Shown: piece by piece, positions 1 to 8,149 of the stretch
How the letters are laid out: every line of letters starts with the position of its first letter
How positions within the stretch are numbered: position 1 is the first letter of the stretch
Origin: a virus
Lineage: Duplodnaviria > Caudoviricetes
IMG/VR virus record: IMGVR_UViG_3300049913_000038
Location: 1 to 35,112 of that record
DNA length: 35,112 nt
Strand: one strand, 5' to 3'
The notes under the pieces: generated by a model
The model's database searches: none
What the model was told of the DNA's origin: nothing
What the model saw: only the letters and a program-made list of their open reading frames with translations
Program-made: the position numbers and the translations under genes

Positions 1-2
1 AT

Positions 3-1016
3 GTGACCGGGCTTCTTGCATGCGAGGCACTCCTTCACGTCGAAGTAGTGACGCCGGTCCTTGTATTCGTAGGGGAACTCGTTGAGGTTGAGCGATCTCT
101 CGGCGCGGAAGTCCGACATGATCGTGCCGTCGACGAGTGCCTGGAGCGTCCTGACGCTGATCGTGTCCCGCGCCTTCAGCTCGTCCTTCATCCGTCGCAC
201 GATCTCGGTGTACACGGCGAAGCTCGAGAACGGCACGAGCAGCTCGATGTGCTTCGGGGAGAGCTTTCCTTCGATGAGCATGTCCTGAAGGTCCTGCGGC
301 AGGTCGAGGAGTCTGAGACGCTTGGAGATCCACGGCTCCGACAGACCGAATTCTTGGGCTATCTGGGATTGGGATTCGCCACTCATCTGGATATAGCGCC
401 TGTACCCTTCGGCTTCTTCGATCGGGTCAAGATCCTGTCGGACGATGTTCTCGGAGAGCATCCATCTCAAGGCCTCGACATCGCTCAAGGACTGGACGAC
501 AACCGGAACTGTTGAAAGACCGATCTCTTTGGCGGCCCTCAGCCTTCGCTCGCCGATGACGAGCTCGTATTCATCGTCCTTCGGACGGACGATCAGAGGT
601 TCTAGGATGCCGACCGCCCGGATGCTCTCGACGAGAGATTGCATCTTCGCCTCGTCGAAACGCTTGCGGGGATTGAGGTTCGAGACGGCGATCTTCGAGA
701 CCTCAAGGTTGAGGTAGCTCGGTAACGATTGTTTACCGTTTTCGTCTGGGAGAGGGCAATCTTTCACCGGCGAAAGATTTGCTTTTAAAGCTTTCGGTTC
801 GTCGCCGTCCTTCTCCTTGAGGACCTCGTTCGGCACGGTGTAGTGAACGGTCCATCCTTCTCCTTCGCGATGCACGACCTTGTCGATCTTGATGAAGTCC
901 TGCGGCTTCCTGCGACGGTTGCCGTTCTGACTTTCCATCCTCTTCCAGAAGACGGCGAGGGCGGCGTCCCTGTCCCTGACGCCTTTGCCGACGACGGAGT
1001 GCGTGAGGGACTTCAC
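3..1016 (-). CDS. parB: ParB/Spo0J-family protein (3' truncated by window edge)
   Basis: Not in the ORF track; manual translation from GTG 1016 (overlaps upstream TGA) gives NPRKRFDEAKMQSLVESIRAVGILEPLIVRP..ELVIGERRLRAAKEIGL..ENIVRQDLDPIEEA plus HTH SQSQIAQEFGLSEPWISKRLRLL. Confidence 0.9.
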   Translation of the reverse strand, partial: MKSLTHSVVGKGVRDRDAALAVFWKRMESQNGNRRRKPQDFIKIDKVVHREGEGWTVHYTVPNEVLKEKDGDEPKALKANLSPVKDCPLPDENGKQSLPSYLNLEVSKIAVSNLNPRKRFDEAKMQSLVESIRAVGILEPLIVRPKDDEYELVIGERRLRAAKEIGLSTVPVVVQSLSDVEALRWMLSENIVRQDLDPIEEAEGYRRYIQMSGESQSQIAQEFGLSEPWISKRLRLLDLPQDLQDMLIEGKLSPKHIELLVPFSSFAVYTEIVRRMKDELKARDTISVRTLQALVDGTIMSDFRAERSLNLNEFPYEYKDRRHYFDVKECLACKKPGH

Positions 1017-2116
1017 TGCACCACCCCCAGAGAGATGCTGATGCTCACTCTCACACCTGGAATAGCGTTGAGCTCGGCGAGAAGCTTGGCGAAGTTGGCG
1101 AAAGGGTCGGGCGTATATTCAGTAGGTCCTTCTACACTCACGATTTCACCGAGAGGGTTTCCGATCGCGGGTCCTATTGGAATATCAGGTTGGACGAGCG
1201 GCGGTTTTCCCTTGCATGTCTTTTCATGAATGCCCTTCGCGCCTGGAGTGGCGAAGACCTTCCCGCACTTTTTGCAGGTCCTATACTTCACAGGAGAATG
1301 CACCGTGGCCTTGTGGGAATGGATGGACCTCGCGGATGGGAAGTCCTCGGGCGGGTCGCATTTATCGCAGACGAATTTCTTCCGAGGCGACGGTTGCCCC
1401 GGCGGCGAATCCTTAGAAATCGCTTCTTCCTTCGTCGCGACGGATGGCTGAGGATACCGGGGGCGTTTGTACTCGAGCCTGCCCTGCTTGATGAGCTCGT
1501 AAATTCTCTTCTCGATCTTCTTCTTCGGAAGGCCAAGTCGTTTCGCGATCAGTCTGATACGGTTACAAGGGTAGAGTTCTATGATGCGACGGTTGATCTC
1601 ATCCTCCGACTTGACACTCCGTCGTCCTGGACCAGGACTGACAATCGTCTTTAGATGGACGCGTTGTCTATGCATGAATAGACCCTGCGCCTTCGCATAC
1701 CTCTTCCCGCATCTCTTCCCGTCGGCGCCGACCTCTTGGCAGACGTGCCACACGGTCGGCTCGTCCGGCAAGGGAGCGGTGGGCATGTCCACCGGGACCT
1801 CGATGTCCATTTCAATATTCTCTGTAATACCTGTATTCTCTGTATCTTGCTCCGCTGGCTCGGTCGTCTCGGGAACGTGCCCGTCGAGGACCTGCTCGCC
1901 CTTCACAGTGATCATCCAAAGCGTCAGGTTGTCCGCCTTCCTCGGCCGGACCATCCCGCCGACCTCGAGTCCTTTGAGGATCCTCTCGACGAGATCCGGC
2001 TCCTTCTTCGCTTCCCGAGCGAGTCTTGCGGCCGAGATGCCGTTCAGTCCCTTGAACTCCTGAACGATGCCGAGCAACTTGGACTGCAGGGCGTCGGGCG
2101 GCTGTCCGTCGGTCAT
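1013..2116 (-). CDS. DNA-binding protein with winged-helix-like segments and three C2H2-type zinc fingers
   Basis: CQE..CGKRY..FMHRQRVH, CDKC..F..IHSHKATVH, CKKCGKVF..GIHEKTC; N-terminal ISAARLAREA..VERILKGLE..GMV and central IRLIAKRLGL..IEKRIYELIKQG HTH-like segments. Confidence 0.75.
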   Translation of the reverse strand: MTDGQPPDALQSKLLGIVQEFKGLNGISAARLAREAKKEPDLVERILKGLEVGGMVRPRKADNLTLWMITVKGEQVLDGHVPETTEPAEQDTENTGITENIEMDIEVPVDMPTAPLPDEPTVWHVCQEVGADGKRCGKRYAKAQGLFMHRQRVHLKTIVSPGPGRRSVKSEDEINRRIIELYPCNRIRLIAKRLGLPKKKIEKRIYELIKQGRLEYKRPRYPQPSVATKEEAISKDSPPGQPSPRKKFVCDKCDPPEDFPSARSIHSHKATVHSPVKYRTCKKCGKVFATPGAKGIHEKTCKGKPPLVQPDIPIGPAIGNPLGEIVSVEGPTEYTPDPFANFAKLLAELNAIPGVRVSISISLGVVQ

Positions 2117-2337
2117 CTCGACCGCCCCCTCCCCCGCCTGCGTTCAGGCGGGACCTTCCGGACGATCTTGCCTTCCTCCTCGAGTTCCCGGAGATCATGG
2201 ATCAATCGACTTGGAGAAAATCCCCGCTCGGTCAGTGCCTTCTTGATCTCGTCATAACTATGCGTCGGGTACAGTTCAGCAATCAGGGCTAACCGGTCGT
2301 TGACATCGTCGCCCTCGACCCACTCGTGCTCGATCAT
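2113..2337 (-). CDS. Small winged-helix-like protein (74 aa)
   Basis: MIEHEW..SPSRLIHDLRELEEEGKI; ATGA overlaps with both neighbours. Confidence 0.6.
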   Translation of the reverse strand: MIEHEWVEGDDVNDRLALIAELYPTHSYDEIKKALTERGFSPSRLIHDLRELEEEGKIVRKVPPERRRGRGRSR

Positions 2338-2606
2338 CGCCGCTGCCCCCTGAAGTACCGTTCCTTCACACGCGCTCGCCGCGTCTGTCTGATCGTGTCG
2401 ACGCGGAGCGGCGGCGGCTCTCCGAGCATCCGATCCCCGGGGACGAAGTCCTTCCTCGCGAATTGGATGCAGGGGATGCACGACTCGCAGGACGACGTCT
2501 TGAACGTCATCCCGGGCGGGCAGCATCTCGCGATCAAGCTCTTGCATCCGTCGGCCGAATCGGCCGTCTGGCAATAGTCACAACAATCTTTCCTTACGAA
2601 TCGCAT
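2334..2606 (-). CDS. Cys-rich hypothetical protein (90 aa)
   Basis: ATG 2606 preceded by GGTGA; nine Cys in the first 46 residues. Confidence 0.6.
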   Translation of the reverse strand: MRFVRKDCCDYCQTADSADGCKSLIARCCPPGMTFKTSSCESCIPCIQFARKDFVPGDRMLGEPPPLRVDTIRQTRRARVKERYFRGQRR

Positions 2607-2680
2607 GTCATCACCTAGTTCTTCGTTGAAAATCAGAATCTGGAAGTGGTTTGTGGCCGGGCTGGCGCGGAGGGAGTGGA

Positions 2681-3145
2681 TCACCGCGTCACCTTCCCGG
2701 CATTCTCCTCGATCCACGCGAGCGCCTCGTCCGGACTTTTCCAATCGCACTCGGTTAGCAGGTCTAGACGTGATTCAAAGAATACCCGTAACGCGGCCTG
2801 GTCTCGCTTGATGCGGTGCTGCATCTCTAAGACTTTGAGACGCGCGTCGGTCGAATCAATACGGGTCCTGGCGATCGTTTCGCTCTGTTCTTCCAATCCC
2901 ATGAGCCGCTTCTTCTGTTGGAGGAGCGCCGATTCGAGGAGGAGGATGTCGGCCCGCGTCTGCTTTTTCTGATAATCAACCGTATCGGCAACGATCCCCG
3001 CCAAGGCGACGGAGACCGCACGATTGACAAAGTCGGAACGATTTGGGAGGTCTTTGACGCGGGCGGCGACCTCCTTCGAGAACGCTATAGGGATGACCTC
3101 AGTCCCGCCTGGATACTTCTGTTTGCGGCCGCGGGACAAGGTCAT
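2681..3145 (-). CDS. RHH-like N-terminus plus coiled-coil protein
   Basis: VIPIAFSKEVAARVKDLPNRSDFVNRAV beta-alpha-alpha pattern; heptad-like C-terminal half. Confidence 0.55.
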   Translation of the reverse strand: MTLSRGRKQKYPGGTEVIPIAFSKEVAARVKDLPNRSDFVNRAVSVALAGIVADTVDYQKKQTRADILLLESALLQQKKRLMGLEEQSETIARTRIDSTDARLKVLEMQHRIKRDQAALRVFFESRLDLLTECDWKSPDEALAWIEENAGKVTR

Positions 3146-3336
3146 TCGACCCCCTTTCTGTGAGTGGAATCCCGCACTCTCTGACCCTTGAATTGATTAT
3201 TAATTAATTCCAGATTATTAATTAATAAAGAATTCAATACGTCTCTCTCTCTCGGGTTTCCATCGGAAGCGGAGGTACCGAACCAAAACTCGCGCCATCC
3301 GCCGTCGATCGTCGGATAGTAGAGGGGCAGCCTCAT
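3142..3336 (-). CDS. Hypothetical protein (64 aa) spanning an AT-rich repeat
   Basis: ATGA coupling at both ends and GGGGTGG RBS; central part low complexity. Confidence 0.4.
   Translation of the reverse strand: MRLPLYYPTIDGGWREFWFGTSASDGNPRERDVLNSLLINNLELINNQFKGQRVRDSTHRKGVE
3188..3238. repeat. AT-rich direct/inverted repeat
   Basis: GATTATTAATTAAT at 3195-3208 and 3213-3226; palindrome TTATTAATTAATAA at 3215-3228, in a GC-rich context. Confidence 0.8.
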
Positions 3337-3466
3337 AAGTCCACCCCCTCGAGGCGGAGCTCGCGCTCGTCACCGATCACGACGGTCTTTCCGTCGAGGG
3401 CCTTCCTCATCCGTCGAGCTTGGTCCCTAAGCTCTGAGCCATACTGGTGACGCGTCCAAAACGCTT

Positions 3467-4399
3467 TTAAATTGTGCTGACCGACTGGATAGGGGTCGAG
3501 GGACTGAGACGGTCCTGCGCCTCCCTCATCTCCTGCGCCGAGATCCCGATATACGACCGGAACGTCTGGTCTATCCTCTCGTGACCCATCAGGGCGGCTA
3601 TCGTTTCGATGTCCGTGTGGGACCGGTGATGTCTGTTCCCGAAGGTGCGTCGCCCGTCGTGCGGTCGGAAGTACACGCCTGCCAGATTCGACACCTGCGT
3701 GACCCTTCGCAGCACGACCTCGTATGTCATCGGCACGATCGTCCGTCTCACCGCGTCCTCCCTGATCAGCAACAAGGCCGGATCCTTCCGGTACCGTTCC
3801 GTCAGCTGCCGCCGGTGCTTCATGTACTCGAGGAGCGGCGCGTAGGTGGCGCGGGACATGACCATCAGCCGCATCTTGCCTCCTCTCCGCCCCTTCGACC
3901 TGATCACGCTCTGACCCGTCGCGAGCAGCTGCTCCGCGTTCCTCGTCGTCAGGCGGAGCATGTCTATCGCCCGCAACCCGTCGTCGACCGCGAGGCTGAG
4001 GATCAGTTCGTGCTCGACCCCGAGGCCTCGAGCCGCGTGCCGGCAGTCCTCGACCTGCCGCTCGGCGAGGAAGATCCCGTCCATCTTCGGCCGCTGCTTC
4101 GCCGAGATCCTCCACTTGCCCGCGTCCGCGTTCCCGCACCACCGCAGGAACATCCTGACCATCGACGCCTTGATCGCCACCGTCGTCTCGCTCCCTCCGA
4201 ATCTCGCCTCGAGCCGGACCATCTCCTTCAGCCCGATCCTCCTCGGGTCCTTGAAGCCGAGCAGTTGCCCGGCCTGTTCCAGCCACATTCGGTACAGGTA
4301 CGCCGACCTCTTCGCCAATGTCGGCGACACGTCGTCCAGATATGCCCTCAGAGCCCTGTGATAGGGACCCTTGAGCTTGTAGGGCATCTCCGCTTTCAC
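3467..4399 (-). CDS. Tyrosine recombinase/integrase (XerC-like)
   Basis: Catalytic motifs GLRAID (R), SKGR (K), PHDGRRTF (HxxR), LMGH (H), RSYI (Y). Confidence 0.92.
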   Translation of the reverse strand: MKAEMPYKLKGPYHRALRAYLDDVSPTLAKRSAYLYRMWLEQAGQLLGFKDPRRIGLKEMVRLEARFGGSETTVAIKASMVRMFLRWCGNADAGKWRISAKQRPKMDGIFLAERQVEDCRHAARGLGVEHELILSLAVDDGLRAIDMLRLTTRNAEQLLATGQSVIRSKGRRGGKMRLMVMSRATYAPLLEYMKHRRQLTERYRKDPALLLIREDAVRRTIVPMTYEVVLRRVTQVSNLAGVYFRPHDGRRTFGNRHHRSHTDIETIAALMGHERIDQTFRSYIGISAQEMREAQDRLSPSTPIQSVSTI

Positions 4400-4470
4400 A
4401 GATACGCCCCGTCCTTTTTACACTTGTCGTCATGCATCCCCATCCTCTCTGCTGAATCTGTAGAGACTCT

Positions 4471-4902
4471 CTACAGCATCTCCTTGAAGTCTTCCCACAA
4501 CGCCTCGACGGCGTAGTCGTACTCGCCGATCCCGATCGGGTCGGCGCCGGTGATCTTCGCCCGGCCCTGCACCCACCGCTTCAGCTCGATCTCCTTGGCC
4601 GAACTCGTCTGGTCCTTCTTCTTCGTCAGCACGCGCTCCAATGCGTCGTCCGTCAGCTTGATGACGAAGCGCCCTGCGCGGAAGACGTTCAGCGGCGGCT
4701 GTTCTTCGGTCTCCCTCGTCACGTCGGGCAAGATCCCGCCTTCGAGATCCTTCTGCCGGAGCCGCTTCCTGACTTCGGTGGCGACCGGCTCCGCGAGTCC
4801 ATACGTCAAGGCCTTCTCGATCTCCTTCTCCGCTGCCTTCGACGGGAACGGCACGGCAGGTCCTCCGTCGATGCTCATCGTGGTCTTCTCTTTCTTCTTC
4901 AG
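4471..4902 (-). CDS. Hypothetical protein
   Basis: Protein-like frame; start either CTG 4902 (GGGGTGA RBS, overlaps upstream TGA) or ATG 4878. Confidence 0.65.
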   Translation of the reverse strand: MKKKEKTTMSIDGGPAVPFPSKAAEKEIEKALTYGLAEPVATEVRKRLRQKDLEGGILPDVTRETEEQPPLNVFRAGRFVIKLTDDALERVLTKKKDQTSSAKEIELKRWVQGRAKITGADPIGIGEYDYAVEALWEDFKEML

Positions 4903-5027
4903 TTTCTCACCCCCTGCGGCACGATCAAGCCGCAACTTTTGCATCTCAGAAAGCCGGCGTAGTAGGCCGGCGCCTTCCTGACCTTGACTGACCCGCACAC
5001 CGGGCACTTTCGCCGGGGAAAGATCAT
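4899..5027 (-). CDS. Small zinc-ribbon protein (42 aa)
   Basis: MIFPRRKCPVCGS..CKSCG; GGAGGGT RBS; ATGA overlap with the upstream ORF. Confidence 0.65.
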   Translation of the reverse strand: MIFPRRKCPVCGSVKVRKAPAYYAGFLRCKSCGLIVPQGVRN

Positions 5028-5191
5028 CGCGGACCCTCCTCGATTCCGCAGGCCCGGTCCATTTCCTTTTTCATCTCCTCGCACTTCTTGCGGAATGGGC
5101 AGTCGGTACAACACATCGCAACGTCGAAAAGGTCTCCAGCACACAGCGGAAGCCAATCGTTCGGAACTCTCGTTCCCGGCGGGATTGGCAT
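5024..5191 (-). CDS. Small Cys-rich protein (55 aa)
   Basis: Manual translation MPIPPGTRVPNDWLPLC..CCTDCPFRKKC..; fills the gap and is coupled to the next gene. Confidence 0.55.
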   Translation of the reverse strand: MPIPPGTRVPNDWLPLCAGDLFDVAMCCTDCPFRKKCEEMKKEMDRACGIEEGPR

Positions 5192-5202
5192 TCCTTCCTG
5201 AA

Positions 5203-5295
5203 TCAGAGCAACACCCCCAGGACGAGCGCCGCATATGCGACGATGATCAGCAGCCCGTAGGCGGGGCCGAAGAAACGGCTCACGAGGTCGGTCAT
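5203..5295 (-). CDS. Single-pass membrane peptide (30 aa)
   Basis: MTDLVSRFFGPAYGLLIIVAYAALVLGVLL; ATGA overlap; GGAGGGG RBS. Confidence 0.55.
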   Translation of the reverse strand: MTDLVSRFFGPAYGLLIIVAYAALVLGVLL

Positions 5296-5855
5296 CGCTT
5301 TGCCCCTCCTACCTCGGACGGCGGCTCTTCGTCGGGGTCCTCCTCCTTCGCGATCGGCGCGAGCGTTCGCTTCAGCCGCTTCTGCCTCGGCCTCGTGAAG
5401 CCGAGCACGTCGTACTCGCCCTTGCCTTCGAGCGGAAGATCTCCGATCCTCGGACACGACTTGATGTGCAGGACGAGGTCCTCGTTCCCCGCGATGGCAT
5501 AGAACTGACTGTACGCGATGTGCCTCGCCTCGTTCGAGCTGCCCGCCTCGATGCCTTTGAAGATCGTCACGAGGTCGGCAGGTTCGAAGACGAGCTGCTT
5601 GACCGGGCCGCCGCGGGCCATGGCCTCGATCCGGTCGCGGATCTCGGAGGCCTCGGTAGCGACCTCGTTGAGGAGCTTCGAGATCTCCTTCGCTCCGACC
5701 GCCTCGGGCTGAGTCCCCATCCTCAATCCCCAGAACGTGAGTTCGCACTGGTCGTCGATTATCACCGAGATGATCTTCCCAGAGAGATGTATGCGGGAGT
5801 GCTCGGTGATCATGGGATCTTGCCTCCGAGCTCGTAGACGATATTCGTCATCCAC
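5292..5855 (-). CDS. Hypothetical protein (187 aa)
   Basis: Protein-like composition; AAGGAG upstream of the GTG. Confidence 0.65.
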   Translation of the reverse strand: MDDEYRLRARRQDPMITEHSRIHLSGKIISVIIDDQCELTFWGLRMGTQPEAVGAKEISKLLNEVATEASEIRDRIEAMARGGPVKQLVFEPADLVTIFKGIEAGSSNEARHIAYSQFYAIAGNEDLVLHIKSCPRIGDLPLEGKGEYDVLGFTRPRQKRLKRTLAPIAKEEDPDEEPPSEVGGAKR

Positions 5856-6010
5856 GCTACTCCTTCACCGAGTCCGTTCATCTTGCCCCGCCAATAGCGC
5901 TCGGCTGCCTTGTCTCCCCGCTTCTTCGCCTTGTATGCCCTGGCCGCCGCTTCCTTGCGCCACTTCTGGAGGGTGGCCCTATACCTGACCGCACTGTCAA
6001 GGACTGTCAC
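5810..6010 (-). CDS. Small basic helical protein (66 aa)
   Basis: GTGA overlap with upstream stop; GGTGAG RBS. Confidence 0.55.
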   Translation of the reverse strand: MTVLDSAVRYRATLQKWRKEAAARAYKAKKRGDKAAERYWRGKMNGLGEGVAWMTNIVYELGGKIP

Positions 6011-6543
6011 GAGCTCACCGCCTTCTTGTCGTGCGCGGCTTTCAGGTCGTTCAGGTCGCTGATGATTGCGCTGGCCTCTCTCGACGTCAGGTCGGCCATC
6101 TTCTCCTTGCCAGCTTTCCTCAGCAGTTCGATGGCGCGCTGGCTCAGGTATGGTTCGCTCTTGCGGATCGCCCATATCGCGTCAAGTTGCTTCTGCGTGG
6201 CCGGCCGGTCGCTGCCCATCGCGGCCGTCTCCGCGGCGGGCTGTTCCGCTGGCGACGTTGGCTTCTCCGTGGGGACTTGCGCCGGCGCAACTTCCGGAAC
6301 GGCTTCGCGTGTGGCCGGCGGCGCCGGGGCAGCTGCCCCCGTCTTCTCGATGATGTCGAGGACCTGTTCAAGACTCGGCAGGAGTCCAGACTTGCCTGCG
6401 TCGACCATCATGCCTCGGAGGATCCCGCATTTCTGCTCGACCGGCAACGCTTCGAGGTCACTCGGAAAATTGAGCCAGCCCATGCGAAAGACCCTTAGAT
6501 ATATCGATACCCAGTAGTCGCATGCCTTGTCCAGATCGGCCAT
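6007..6543 (-). CDS. Hypothetical protein with C-terminal PAT-x-KQ helical module
   Basis: PATQKQLDAIWAI..LTSREASAIISDL, a module typical of phage recombination/ssDNA-annealing proteins; Pro/Ala linker. Confidence 0.65.
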   Translation of the reverse strand: MADLDKACDYWVSIYLRVFRMGWLNFPSDLEALPVEQKCGILRGMMVDAGKSGLLPSLEQVLDIIEKTGAAAPAPPATREAVPEVAPAQVPTEKPTSPAEQPAAETAAMGSDRPATQKQLDAIWAIRKSEPYLSQRAIELLRKAGKEKMADLTSREASAIISDLNDLKAAHDKKAVSS

Positions 6544-6544
6544 G

Positions 6545-6673
6545 TCAGTCCCCCTTCAGGTTCGGCAGGCCGGTCTCGATCTCCGGCGTCGGTGGGGCGA
6601 GCGCGCGTTCGAGGTCTTTTTCGGTCAGGCCGAAGTAGAGCATCAGCCCTCGGACTTTCGTTTCGAGGTCCAT
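6545..6673 (-). CDS. Small hypothetical protein (42 aa)
   Basis: MDLETKVRGLMLYFGLTEKDLERAL..; GGAGGA RBS; fills the gap exactly. Confidence 0.55.
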   Translation of the reverse strand: MDLETKVRGLMLYFGLTEKDLERALAPPTPEIETGLPNLKGD

Positions 6674-6675
6674 GA

Positions 6676-6861
6676 TCAGATCCTCCTGCGTTCAATGATG
6701 GTCAGGTCGCACTTGCCGCACCAGAACTCGACTTTCGTTTCCTTGATATCCATATGTGCAGACATCGCGTCTGCTTGTCTCCCGCATTCGGGGCAGAGTG
6801 GTGCGGCCTGAACGATCATGGCCAAGAATTTGCTGGCCGCCTCGCTGATACTCTTATCCAT
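6676..6861 (-). CDS. Small zinc-ribbon protein
   Basis: CPECG..CGKC. Confidence 0.65.
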   Translation of the reverse strand: MDKSISEAASKFLAMIVQAAPLCPECGRQADAMSAHMDIKETKVEFWCGKCDLTIIERRRI

Positions 6862-6863
6862 GA

Positions 6864-7346
6864 TCAGCGCCCCCTGTCGGGGTCGTGAGCGCCGCCGGAC
6901 ATGTCGTCCGGGTCGAAGTAAGGCTCATCGGTCCCAGGCACAACGAACGGCCCCTCCGTCTCTAGAATTAGTTTGAGGTCGTCCTGTGTCGCCTCGCCCC
7001 TTAGTTGACGCTGCTTGGCTTCGCCGTAGGGCGTCAGTGGCGACGTATCCTTTGGAGGGACGACCGCCTTCTCCTGCGGTACGACCCTGATCTCCACCTT
7101 CATGCCCGTCGCCTTCTCGATCGCAGCCGCCGTGTTGACGACGATATCGGGCGTGAGGATCTCCGGCGTGACCGCCTCGTCCTTCACCGTGACCGTCGCT
7201 TGGAGCGTAGGCTTGACGAAGAGAGCATCAGGCAATCTGACGTCCAAGTAGATCGCGATCTCGTCGGCCTGCAAGGTGGGCTTGTTCTTGACGAATCTCG
7301 GCGCCCTGTACTGATTGATGACGAGCCATCCTTCCTTGTAGATCAC
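6864..7346 (-). CDS. Hypothetical protein (160 aa)
   Basis: GTGA-coupled; protein-like composition. Confidence 0.7.
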   Translation of the reverse strand: MIYKEGWLVINQYRAPRFVKNKPTLQADEIAIYLDVRLPDALFVKPTLQATVTVKDEAVTPEILTPDIVVNTAAAIEKATGMKVEIRVVPQEKAVVPPKDTSPLTPYGEAKQRQLRGEATQDDLKLILETEGPFVVPGTDEPYFDPDDMSGGAHDPDRGR

Positions 7347-7609
7347 GGCACCGCCTCCGTAGGCAGCTTCCCCTTTCGTCCGCCGTCGATCCCGTTCGCC
7401 TCGAGTTCGAGTTTCGCCCTGACCATGAAGTCCTTCATCTCGTCGAAGCGCTTTCTCGCATCCTCCGGCTCCGCGATGTTCACATAGATCTTCGCCCTGA
7501 GATTCGCCGGGCCGAACTCAAGGCTGTCCTTCAGGTCTCCGTTCTCTTGCCTGTGGACCATCTCGATGATCATGTTCGCTTTGACAACTTCCTTTTGTGT
7601 TTCTCCCAT
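7343..7609 (-). CDS. Hypothetical protein (88 aa)
   Basis: GGAGG RBS; first gene after the structured leader. Confidence 0.7.
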   Translation of the reverse strand: MGETQKEVVKANMIIEMVHRQENGDLKDSLEFGPANLRAKIYVNIAEPEDARKRFDEMKDFMVRAKLELEANGIDGGRKGKLPTEAVP

Positions 7610-7629
7610 ATCTTTCCTCCCTGAATACT

Positions 7630-7870
7630 GGCAAAAGAAATAACAGTGAAAAGGGCCGGTCGGGTTCGAACCGAGAAGAAGAGCTGTGTAGACCTCTCAG
7701 TCCAAGAAGGAATTGGGTCCCCGGCCGGCTTGTCAGGGGGATGGCGGGCCGGGAATGTACCAAGAATGCGGTGGGCAAGTTGGAAAAGACCCCCGACCCG
7801 TTATCAGATGAAAGGTCGCCAGCCCCGGTCAGAAGGTGATGGATGCACTCGATCGGGGCTGACGATTGAG
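7630..7870 (-). ncRNA. Candidate structured RNA/leader with three GC stems, the last tRNA-like
   Basis: Complementary arms 7851-7865/7816-7830, 7790-7799/7746-7755 and 7720-7729/7655-7664; GGTTCGAACCC T-loop; followed by a T-rich tract. Confidence 0.45.
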
Positions 7871-7888
7871 AATCATATGAAAAATGCA

Positions 7889-8044
7889 TCATGTAGCGCC
7901 CTCCGCCAATCTCTTGCTGTAGTAGGCTCGAAGCGCCTTCCGTAGGGCATCCGAACGGTCCTCAGCCCGACCCCCATCTACGTCATCATCAAGCAATTGG
8001 ACGAGAGAAGGGGGAAGTCGCACGGGGACCACTACAGTTTTCAT
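7889..8044 (-). CDS. Ribbon-helix-helix (CopG/Arc/MetJ) regulator, Cro-position (51 aa)
   Basis: Not in the ORF track; MKTVVVPVRLPPSLVQLLDDDVDGGRAEDRSDALRKALRAYYSKRLAEGAT. Confidence 0.85.
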   Translation of the reverse strand: MKTVVVPVRLPPSLVQLLDDDVDGGRAEDRSDALRKALRAYYSKRLAEGAT

Positions 8045-8149
8045 CACTATCTGTATACACACATGCCTATTTAATGATTATCAGTATTGCATGGGTACGT
8101 ACAATGGATTAAATATCCAGATGAAATAATGTATACACTTAGTGGACAC
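8045..8149. promoter_or_regulatory. Divergent promoter/operator region
   Basis: ATTAAATA on minus (8068-8075) and plus (8108-8115); TGTATACAC at 8052-8060 and 8130-8138; GTACGTAC palindrome at 8095-8102. Confidence 0.7.

Noticed and set aside
3-717. Plus-strand ORFs 3..515 and 445..717
   Set aside because: Antisense shadows of the minus-strand parB frame
3333-4433. 366 aa ORF overlapping the recombinase in another frame
   Set aside because: Arg/Gly-rich frame expected from GC-biased codons; only the last 25-45 codons may be a real small gene, and no in-frame slippery site links it to the recombinase
7650-7727. Functional tRNA, including an amber/pyrrolysine tRNA (CTA in the middle loop)
   Set aside because: No proper anticodon loop geometry, no conserved D-loop, no CCA; kept only as tRNA-like
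7518-7892. 124 aa ORF across the structured leader
   Set aside because: Atypical composition, overlaps the next gene by about 90 nt and coincides with strong stems; the ATGA overlap means it is not fully excluded
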